This document shows, piece by piece, positions 8,645 to 16,208 of a stretch of 49,417 bases of DNA. The first letter of the stretch is position 1; every line of letters starts with the position of its first letter. The position numbers and the translations under genes are program-made. The notes under the pieces were generated by a model. It saw nothing but the letters and a program-made list of their open reading frames with translations, was not told the DNA's origin and did not search any database. The stretch spans positions 1-49,417 of the IMG/VR virus record IMGVR_UViG_3300046779_000207. One strand, given 5' to 3'. The DNA comes from a virus. Lineage: Duplodnaviria; Caudoviricetes.

Positions 8645-8691
8645 CTTTTTGATATTTATTTTATTTTATATATAAATTCACCGTTTGAAAG

Positions 8692-8700
8692 TGGTATAAT
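8692..8700 (+). promoter_or_regulatory. Extended -10 TGGTATAAT; near-leaderless transcript
   Basis: 9 nt before ATG 8710, no SD. Confidence 0.75.
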
Positions 8701-8709
8701 AATAAGACT

Positions 8710-9240
8710 ATGGCTACAGGCGCAACTACAACTTATGACTTCCCTTATCCAGTACTCACTGATCCCGTTAATGTCCACGAAGATATTCAATCATTAGCAG
8801 AAGCAGTTGAAGCAGTACTACCAACAATTGGACTTCCGTTCCATACCCTTGAAGTTCGTAATGCAAGTGGTGCATCAATTTCAAAAGGGGATCCAGTATA
8901 TATCTCAGGATACTCTACAAAGCCAACAATTGCAAAAGCAGATGCAGCAACAGTTGGAACATTCCCAGTAGTTGGTTTGGCACAATCAAACATAGGAAAT
9001 AGCACAGATGGAGTAATCGTACTCTCTGGTGTTTTTACTGATATTAATACTGCATCATATACAGCAGGAGATGTTCTTTATGTAGCATCTGGTGGAGGAC
9101 TTACAAAGACTAAGCCTTCATCTAATGTTGTTACAGTTGGAGTTGTTGCTAAGTCTAACTCTACTACTGGTGTTATTTTGGTTACATCCCCACGATCTAG
9201 AGCAGGTACTTGGGGAGCACTTAAGGAAGGCTTACTATAA
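8710..9240 (+). CDS. Putative virion decoration/fibre-associated protein (capsid-cement-like fold)
   Basis: NASGASISKGDPVYI...VVGLA...G.IVLSGV...YTAGDVLYV...VGVV pattern resembles DUF2190/cement-like proteins. Confidence 0.5.
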   Translation: MATGATTTYDFPYPVLTDPVNVHEDIQSLAEAVEAVLPTIGLPFHTLEVRNASGASISKGDPVYISGYSTKPTIAKADAATVGTFPVVGLAQSNIGNSTDGVIVLSGVFTDINTASYTAGDVLYVASGGGLTKTKPSSNVVTVGVVAKSNSTTGVILVTSPRSRAGTWGALKEGLL

Positions 9241-9653
9241 TGGCTACATACAGAAGTTCAGGGCAAGATGCCTATTCAGTTGGAGCAACGCCTCCGACAG
9301 TTACTTGGACAATCGTAAGAGGCGATACAGCCTCATTTAGAGTTTATGTTACAGATGATAATAAAGACCCATTGACTATTGCTGATTGGGATATTGAGAT
9401 GGAAGTCAAGAGACCTACAGTTGCGGGGAATCTAAATGATGTTAACGCTACTCTTGTTCAGACACTTATTCCAGCAGCAACACAGGCAGATGGATCAGGA
9501 GAATTTACAGTATCAGTTACATCAGCACAGTCAAGAAGTTTTGAGACTGGTGATATTTTTGATATTGAAATGACTGACGGTACTTTGGTTTGGACAGTTG
9601 CCCGTGGCACTATCTCAATTATTGAGGATATTACAAACAACGAAGAGTCATAA
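9240..9653 (+). CDS. Ig-like (BppU N-terminal-like) structural protein
   Basis: IVRGDTASFRVYVTD...P....W...GEFTVSVT..QS....FDIEMT. TAATG overlap. Confidence 0.5.
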   Translation: MATYRSSGQDAYSVGATPPTVTWTIVRGDTASFRVYVTDDNKDPLTIADWDIEMEVKRPTVAGNLNDVNATLVQTLIPAATQADGSGEFTVSVTSAQSRSFETGDIFDIEMTDGTLVWTVARGTISIIEDITNNEES

Positions 9654-9961
9654 TGGCTACAATCTTAGTCAGTAGCATTAATTACAATGCTTCACAAATA
9701 GACACGGTAGACAGTCCATCAGCGTCTATATCAGATATAGCAAAGACTGTAGACATAGAAGACCTATCTATAAAAGCCATAGACATTGATGCCGTAGACT
9801 ATCCAGAGTTTTCAATTACCTCTGGCAATAGAATGTCTGTTATAAATGAGGTTTTACCCTTTAGAGTTAGATTTACTAACCTTACCGTTCCACAGGTAAG
9901 TTTTGCTGATGTTCCAGGGATTGGACTTCAGATCATTGGCTTTAATAACTACATTTTATGA
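9653..9961 (+). CDS. Hypothetical protein
   Basis: TAATG-coupled ORF filling the gap. Confidence 0.65.
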   Translation: MATILVSSINYNASQIDTVDSPSASISDIAKTVDIEDLSIKAIDIDAVDYPEFSITSGNRMSVINEVLPFRVRFTNLTVPQVSFADVPGIGLQIIGFNNYIL

Positions 9962-9967
9962 TATAAT
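9959..9967 (+). promoter_or_regulatory. Extended -10 TGATATAAT; leaderless transcript
   Basis: 7 nt before in-frame ATG 9975. Confidence 0.7.
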
Positions 9968-9974
9968 CACATAT

Positions 9975-10412
9975 ATGACAGTTATCTCTATTAACTCATT
10001 AAAGGCTAAATTTGAGAGCGGGGATAGACCTACTCAGCAAGATTATGCTGATCTAATTGATACCACGTCATCTCGTGCAGATGGCCTTGGTTTAGAGGGT
10101 AACAATTTAGTAACAATCAATGGTATTGAAAATCCAACGGTATTTGACACAATAGATACCGCCACCTGGAGAACAATAAAGTATGTAGTACAAATGTCAA
10201 AGGCCTCAGCAGGATACTATAAGAGCACCGAACTCAGCCTGGTCTTTGACGGAACAAATATAAACATATCAGAGTACGGCACTGTCTCTAACTATAGCAG
10301 TGAGATAGGCACAATCTCTGCTAGTTTAAATTCTGGTATAATCAGTATGACGGTAACACCATCAATTACCCCGATTACCGTTCGGTACTACCGAACTGGT
10401 CTGAAGGCTTAG
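9975..10412 (+). CDS. Structural protein paralogous to the C-terminal domain of the 10425 fibre (start reassigned to 9975)
   Basis: TWRTIKYVVQMSK...DGTNINISEYG vs TYSTAKYIVQMTK...DGNDNVYLTEYA. Confidence 0.7.
   Translation: MTVISINSLKAKFESGDRPTQQDYADLIDTTSSRADGLGLEGNNLVTINGIENPTVFDTIDTATWRTIKYVVQMSKASAGYYKSTELSLVFDGTNINISEYGTVSNYSSEIGTISASLNSGIISMTVTPSITPITVRYYRTGLKA
10334..10342 (+). promoter_or_regulatory. Extended -10 TGGTATAAT inside CDS, upstream of the fibre gene
   Basis: Perfect motif in the same context (ATTCTGGTATAAT) as the sites at 12992 and 24415. Confidence 0.55.
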
Positions 10413-10424
10413 CAAGGAGACCCA

Positions 10425-12548
10425 ATGGCAACAGTAACAAAAGATTTTAGACTAAAGGCGGGATTAGTAGTTGAAGGATCAACTGCAACCGTTAATGGAC
10501 ACGATGTACTCACAGAGGCATTGGTTGATGCAAAGGGTGATCTTCTTGTTGCATCAGGTGCAGATGCTGTTACACGTTTAGCAGTCGGTACAGACAATTA
10601 TGTTCTCACAGCAGATTCAAGTGCAAACAATGGAGTAAAGTGGGCAGCGCCAGCAGCAGTTGGTGAATTTGGCACAAGCATTGTATTTGAAGGTGCAACT
10701 GCAGACTCATTTGAAACAACTCTTGCAGTAACAGATCCTACAGCAGATCGTACAATTACGCTTCCAGATGCAACTGGCACAGTACAACTTAGAGTTGCTG
10801 ATGTTTCAGATACAGAAATTGGATATTTGAATGGTGTAACATCTGCAATTCAAACTCAACTAGATGCAAAGTTTGCAAGTTCAGATGCCTCAACAACAAA
10901 TATCACAGAAGGCACAAATCTTTATTTTACAGATGAAAGAGCACAGGATGCAGTAGGTGGTTCAGTTGGTACAGGTCTTTCTTATAATGACTCAACAGGC
11001 GCTATCTCAGTAAATACTACAACAATTCAGGCTCGTGTAGCAGATGTTTCTGATACTGAAATTGGATACCTTAATGGTGTTACTTCAGCAATCCAGACAC
11101 AGTTAGACGCAAAGTTTGCAACAGCAAATGCTTCAACAACTAATATTTCAGAGGGCACAAACCTTTACTTCACAGACGAAAGAGCACAAGATGCTGTTGG
11201 AAACTCTGTAGGAAATGGTCTTGACTATGATGATTCAACAGGAGCAATCTCTGTAGACCCATCAGAATTTAAGTTAAGTGCAATTGGTGCACCAGATACT
11301 GCTGTATCTCTAAATAGCCAAAAGATTACTAACCTTGCAACACCAACTGATTCAACAGATGCTGTAACAAAGGCATACGTAGACTCAGTTACAGAAGGCC
11401 TACATATTCATGAGTCTGTAGTAGCAGCAACAACTGCGAATGTGAACCTTGCAAATGCTCTTGAAAATGGAGATCCTCTTGATGGAGTAACTTTAGCAAC
11501 TGGTAACCGTATTCTTGTTAAGAATCAGACTACTCAATCAGAAAACGGCATTTATGTAGTACAGGCTTCAGGTCAACCAGTTCGTGCTACAGATTTTGAT
11601 ACTGCTACTGAAGTAGATAGCGGTGACTTCGTATTCGTATATGGCGGAACAGTAAACGGTAGCACTGGATGGGTACAAACAAATAGACCAGCAACAATTG
11701 GAACAGATGCAATTAACTTCACTCAGTTCTCAGGTGCTGGCACATATCTAGCAGGTAATGGTCTAACACTTACTGGCAGTACATTTGCTATTGATACAAC
11801 AATCACTGCAGATTTAACTACAGCCCAAACACTAACAAATAAGACAATTAGTGGTTCAAGTAATACACTTTCAAACATTGCAAATGCATCACTTACAAAC
11901 TCGGCAATTACAATTAACGGAACATCAACATCTCTTGGTGGAAGTCGTACACTTGTAACTGATGATATTGCAGAAGATGGATCGCCAACAAACCTATGGT
12001 TTACTGACGAACGTGCACAAGATGCAGTCGGAAACGCATTAGGAACAGGTCTTTCTTATAACGATAGCACTGGTGCAATTTCTAACTCTGGTGTACTTTC
12101 TATCACTGGAACATCAAACCAAGTAACTGCAAGCGCCTCAACTGGAGCAGTTACACTTTCTCTGCCACAGAGTATTGATACAGCAGCAACACCAACATTT
12201 GGTGGAGTAACCGTAGGTTCTCTTACACTTACAGATGCCTTTATTGGAACTGCAGTACAATCACTTACAGATTCAAATGCAACTGTAGTAGACTCTTGGT
12301 CAGCAACAACATATAGCACAGCAAAGTATATTGTTCAAATGACAAAGGGTTCAGATATTGAAGTTATTGAAGTACTTGTAACTGTTGATGGAAATGACAA
12401 TGTTTATCTAACAGAATATGCTAACATTATTAGCAATACCTCTCTTGGAACAACAGATGCAGATTTCTCAGGTGGCAATGTTAGACTTAAGGTAACAGCA
12501 TCAGATACTACAACAGTGAAGGTTCACAAGACGCTTATTGAAGCGTAG
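10425..12548 (+). CDS. Long fibre protein with internal repeats
   Basis: Known fibre modules: EIGYLNGVTSAIQTQLDAK, TNLYFTDERAQDAV, KITNLATPTDSTDAVTKAYVD, GNRILVKNQTTQSENGIYVV, QTLTNKTI. Confidence 0.8.
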   Translation: MATVTKDFRLKAGLVVEGSTATVNGHDVLTEALVDAKGDLLVASGADAVTRLAVGTDNYVLTADSSANNGVKWAAPAAVGEFGTSIVFEGATADSFETTLAVTDPTADRTITLPDATGTVQLRVADVSDTEIGYLNGVTSAIQTQLDAKFASSDASTTNITEGTNLYFTDERAQDAVGGSVGTGLSYNDSTGAISVNTTTIQARVADVSDTEIGYLNGVTSAIQTQLDAKFATANASTTNISEGTNLYFTDERAQDAVGNSVGNGLDYDDSTGAISVDPSEFKLSAIGAPDTAVSLNSQKITNLATPTDSTDAVTKAYVDSVTEGLHIHESVVAATTANVNLANALENGDPLDGVTLATGNRILVKNQTTQSENGIYVVQASGQPVRATDFDTATEVDSGDFVFVYGGTVNGSTGWVQTNRPATIGTDAINFTQFSGAGTYLAGNGLTLTGSTFAIDTTITADLTTAQTLTNKTISGSSNTLSNIANASLTNSAITINGTSTSLGGSRTLVTDDIAEDGSPTNLWFTDERAQDAVGNALGTGLSYNDSTGAISNSGVLSITGTSNQVTASASTGAVTLSLPQSIDTAATPTFGGVTVGSLTLTDAFIGTAVQSLTDSNATVVDSWSATTYSTAKYIVQMTKGSDIEVIEVLVTVDGNDNVYLTEYANIISNTSLGTTDADFSGGNVRLKVTASDTTTVKVHKTLIEA
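10791..11255 (+). repeat. Tandem 243-nt (81-codon) repeat in the fibre gene; third partial copy at about 11958-12083
   Basis: RVADVSDTEIGYLNGVTSAIQTQLDAKFA...GAISV at 10791 and 11034, with synonymous divergence. Confidence 0.9.
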
Positions 12549-12576
12549 TGTGGACTGAAGGGGATAGGTAACTTCA

Positions 12577-12987
12577 GTGACTGTTTATAACCGTGACTTT
12601 GTTGTAAAGCAAGGTATTAAGGTTGCTAACGGCATTACCTTCTCTGATAACTCTGTACAAACTACAGCGTTTACTGGAAGTGCAATTACTGTTGGAAGTT
12701 CGTTTCCAGTTAGCCCATCAAATGGGCAGATGCACTTAGATACAAATACAAATAGAGTTTATTATTATAATGGTGGCACTTGGTATGCTATGGCTAATTA
12801 TGATGATACTGCTACCGTCGCAAATCACAATCACTATAATGGTGTAAATGAAGATGGAAGCGTCAAGGATATTTACCAGTACAATGGTAATGGAGTAGTA
12901 TTACCAGCATTGATGGGTACAGCCCTAGATGGCGGTGCACCAAGTTCAACATATACTATAACTATTGATGGTGGGACAGCCGCATGA
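12577..12987 (+). CDS. Short fibre-associated protein
   Basis: GTG start. N-terminus RDFVVKQGIKV resembles KDFRLKAGLVV of 10425. P.SPSNGQMHLDTNTNRVYYY.GGTW is a fibre knob motif. Confidence 0.7.
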   Translation: MTVYNRDFVVKQGIKVANGITFSDNSVQTTAFTGSAITVGSSFPVSPSNGQMHLDTNTNRVYYYNGGTWYAMANYDDTATVANHNHYNGVNEDGSVKDIYQYNGNGVVLPALMGTALDGGAPSSTYTITIDGGTAA

Positions 12988-12991
12988 ATTC

Positions 12992-13000
12992 TGGTATAAT
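12992..13000 (+). promoter_or_regulatory. Extended -10 TGGTATAAT
   Basis: Intergenic, before GGAGG and ATG 13025. Confidence 0.75.
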
Positions 13001-13024
13001 GATTAATATTGCGGAGGTCTATTA

Positions 13025-13996
13025 ATGGCAGTTAGAATTCAAGTTCGTAGAGGAAGCACCTCTGATTGGAACTCAGCAGACCCAACGCTATTTGAAGGCG
13101 AATTTGGTTATAATACAACCCTTGATAAATTTAAGATTGGTGATGGATCAACTGCTTGGTCCTCACTAGAATATGTTCCAACATCTGCAGATTTAACTAG
13201 CAGCCTTGGTGACTATATTGCCCTTACAGAAAAAGGTGGGGCTGATGGAGTTGCAGAACTAGACGCAGCCTATAACGTACTTACAAAGACAGCCGTTGTT
13301 TTTGAAGGTACAACAGCAGATGCCTATGAAACTACACTTGTAGTAACAGATCCTACTGCCGATAGAACTATTACTCTTCCTAACTCAAGCGGTACAGTTG
13401 CCCTAACATCTGATATTACAACAGCAGTTAATAATCTTATTGATGGTGCCCCACTAGCACTAGATACTCTTAATGAGTTGGCAGCAGCACTTGCAGACGA
13501 TGCCAGTTATGCTTCAACAATTACTACCGCTCTTGCAGGCAAGGTAGATGAATCAGAGTTTACTGCTAAGGGCGATATCCTTGTAGGCACTGGATCTGGA
13601 ACACTTGATAATGTTGGTGTTGGAACAAACGGATATATTCTTACTGCTAATTCTTCAGCAGCAACTGGAGTTGAGTGGGCTGCAGCACCTATTAGTCTTC
13701 CTTCCCAGACTGGCAATAACGGCAAATATTTAACAACAGATGGATCTACTGCTTCATGGGCAACAGTATCTTCATACTCTGCTCCAACACTTGGCTCAAC
13801 ATCAATTGCATCAGGTGCAACAGTAACAACGATTGCTGGACTAACATTGTCAAACGCAACACTATCTGGTACTTTAACAGCAGGTGGTGGAACAGGAACA
13901 AGTGGTCAAGTTCTTGCATCAACAGGTTCTGGTGTACAATGGACTACACCATCTGCAGGTGCAGCATTTAGCGAATTTATGCTAATTGGTTGCTAG
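13025..13996 (+). CDS. Fibre protein with Mtd-like (major tropism determinant) N-terminal domain
   Basis: IQVRRG...W..ADPTLFEGEFGY......FKIGDGSTAWSSL and GAPLALDTLNELAAAL motifs. Confidence 0.75.
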   Translation: MAVRIQVRRGSTSDWNSADPTLFEGEFGYNTTLDKFKIGDGSTAWSSLEYVPTSADLTSSLGDYIALTEKGGADGVAELDAAYNVLTKTAVVFEGTTADAYETTLVVTDPTADRTITLPNSSGTVALTSDITTAVNNLIDGAPLALDTLNELAAALADDASYASTITTALAGKVDESEFTAKGDILVGTGSGTLDNVGVGTNGYILTANSSAATGVEWAAAPISLPSQTGNNGKYLTTDGSTASWATVSSYSAPTLGSTSIASGATVTTIAGLTLSNATLSGTLTAGGGTGTSGQVLASTGSGVQWTTPSAGAAFSEFMLIGC

Positions 13997-14077
13997 CACT
14001 TTATTATAACAAAAGTTCTTAACTCTAAACTAAACATTTACTGTCCAATTTGTGCGTATTTGCTTTTCATAAATCTG

Positions 14078-14086
14078 TGATATACT
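14078..14086 (+). promoter_or_regulatory. Extended -10 TGATATACT for nrdJ
   Basis: Intergenic, about 56 nt upstream of ATG 14143. Confidence 0.65.
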
Positions 14087-14142
14087 AAGACTACTTCCGA
14101 ATTTGCGAAGTACTCATTAATTTTCTATGAAAGGTAATATAA

Positions 14143-16173
14143 ATGTCAGATGTTTTCTCATTCCGTTTATCGGAGGATTTTGTAAATAAATATAATAATG
14201 TGCCAGCACCTTTTGGATTCTCAGATGCAGGCTCAAACTCGTTAGGAGAAATTACATTTATTCGTACATATTCTCGTGTTAAGGAAGACGGGACCAAGGA
14301 ACGCTGGCATGAAGTATGCCGTCGTGTAATCGAAGGTATGTATTCAGTACAGAAGAACCATGCTAAGGATAATCGCCTACCATGGAATGACAACAAGGCT
14401 CAGAAGTCTGCTCAGGAAGCATTCCAGAGAATGTTTGAATTGAAGTGGACCCCTCCAGGTCGTGGTCTCTGGGCATTTGGTACTCCTATGACTATGGAGA
14501 AGCGTAATTCAGCATCTCTTCAAAACTGTGCTATGGTCTCTACTCGTGATATTGATCGTAATGATCCAGGCGCTCTCTTTGCTTGGGTAATGGATGCATT
14601 GATGTTAGGTATAGGTGTAGGGTTTGATACCATTGGTCAGGATAAGCAGATGCCTATCTATGCACCTACAGAGCCAGCATCTATCTACGAAATCCCAGAT
14701 ACTCGTGAAGGATGGGTAGAATCTGTCCGTCTTTTGATTAACTCATTTTTACGCCAGAACCAGCCAATTCAGGAATTCAACTATGACCTTATCCGTCCTC
14801 TAGGTGCCCCTATTAAGGGCTTTGGAGGCGTTGCAAGCGGTCCAGCACCACTTATTGATCTCCATACACGTATCCGCCATGTAATTGGCTCTAGAGCGGG
14901 AGAAGTCCTTGATAGCCGTGCTATTGTAGACATTGTAAACCTTATTGGAACCTGCGTTGTTTCTGGCAACGTTCGTCGTTCTGCTACCCTTGCTCTTGGT
15001 GCTCCTGGAGATGAAGGTTTTATTAATCTAAAGAATCCAGAAGTATTTCCAGAGCGTAACTCCTATGACCCTGCTAAACCAGGCTGGGCATGGATGAGTA
15101 ATAACTCTATTGCTGCAGAAGTAGGAACAAAGTATGAAGACTATGTTGACCTAATTGCAGATAATGGTGAGCCAGGATTTATTTGGCTTGATGTTGCTAG
15201 AAACTTTGGTCGTCTTGCAGATCCTGCAGATGGAAAAGATTCTAGAATTATGGGCTTCAATCCTTGTGCGGAGCAGCCATTGGAATCATACGAACTATGT
15301 ACACTTGTAGAAGTGCATCTAAATCGTCATGAATCCAAGGAGGACTTCCTCAAGACATTGAAGTTTGCATACCTGTATGGTAAGACTGTTACTCTTATGC
15401 CAACACATTGGCAGCAGACAAACGGTATTATGCAACGCAACCGCCGTATTGGAACTTCTCTTACAGGCATTGCAGCATTTGCTGATGAGCACGGTCTTCC
15501 AACAACTCGTGAATGGATGGATGAAGGTTATAACACAATTCGTAAGTATGACCATCAGTATTCAGAATGGCTTTGTGTTCGTGAATCAGTTCGTGTAACA
15601 ACAGTTAAGCCATCAGGATCTGTATCACTTCTTTCTGGTGCTACACCTGGAGTTCACTGGGGACCTGGTGGAGAGTTCTATCTTCGTGCTATTCGTTTTG
15701 GTGACCAAGATCCAATGCTTCACTTGTTCAAAGCAGCAGGGTATAAGATTGAAGCAGACCTTGTGTCAGCAAATACCTCAGTCGTATACTTCCCAGTTGC
15801 ATCAGGACATAAGCGTTCTGAAAAGCAGGTAAGCCTATTTGAGAAGATTGGTTTGGCAGCAACTGCTCAGAAGTACTGGTCAGATAATGGAGTTTCTGTA
15901 ACCCTATCATTTGATAAGGAAGAAGAAAAGAAGTTTGTTGCTCCAGCACTCAATATGTACGAAGGACAACTCAAGGCAGTATCATTCCTCCCAATGGGCA
16001 ATAAGACTTATCCACAACAGCCTTATACAGAAATCACAAGAGAAGAGTATAACGCTTATGTTGGAACAATCGGCAAGATTGATTGGTCTGCTATTTATGA
16101 TGGCAAGGACAATCTTGATGCTGAGTCTGAGAAGTATTGCTCTACAGACGCTTGCGAGATTAAGTTATATTAG
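14143..16173 (+). CDS. nrdJ: Class II adenosylcobalamin-dependent ribonucleotide reductase (monomeric RTPR type)
   Basis: PPGRGLW, SLQNCA, GNVRRSA, NPCAEQPL...ELCTL, TTVKPSGSVS, and C-terminal C....C redox pair. Confidence 0.93.
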   Translation: MSDVFSFRLSEDFVNKYNNVPAPFGFSDAGSNSLGEITFIRTYSRVKEDGTKERWHEVCRRVIEGMYSVQKNHAKDNRLPWNDNKAQKSAQEAFQRMFELKWTPPGRGLWAFGTPMTMEKRNSASLQNCAMVSTRDIDRNDPGALFAWVMDALMLGIGVGFDTIGQDKQMPIYAPTEPASIYEIPDTREGWVESVRLLINSFLRQNQPIQEFNYDLIRPLGAPIKGFGGVASGPAPLIDLHTRIRHVIGSRAGEVLDSRAIVDIVNLIGTCVVSGNVRRSATLALGAPGDEGFINLKNPEVFPERNSYDPAKPGWAWMSNNSIAAEVGTKYEDYVDLIADNGEPGFIWLDVARNFGRLADPADGKDSRIMGFNPCAEQPLESYELCTLVEVHLNRHESKEDFLKTLKFAYLYGKTVTLMPTHWQQTNGIMQRNRRIGTSLTGIAAFADEHGLPTTREWMDEGYNTIRKYDHQYSEWLCVRESVRVTTVKPSGSVSLLSGATPGVHWGPGGEFYLRAIRFGDQDPMLHLFKAAGYKIEADLVSANTSVVYFPVASGHKRSEKQVSLFEKIGLAATAQKYWSDNGVSVTLSFDKEEEKKFVAPALNMYEGQLKAVSFLPMGNKTYPQQPYTEITREEYNAYVGTIGKIDWSAIYDGKDNLDAESEKYCSTDACEIKLY

Positions 16174-16182
16174 TCTTCATCC

Positions 16183-16191
16183 TGCTATAAT
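16183..16191 (+). promoter_or_regulatory. Extended -10 TGCTATAAT
   Basis: Intergenic, before AGGAG and ATG 16209. Confidence 0.75.
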
Positions 16192-16208
16192 AAGAGGATA
16201 GGAGAACA

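Noticed and set aside
8641-8691. AT-rich stretch as replication origin
   Set aside because: Short, without iterons, and explained as the upstream region of two divergent promoters.
13997-14142. Cobalamin riboswitch or NrdR boxes upstream of nrdJ
   Set aside because: The predicted leader is only about 50 nt, and no B12-box or convincing NrdR palindrome is visible.
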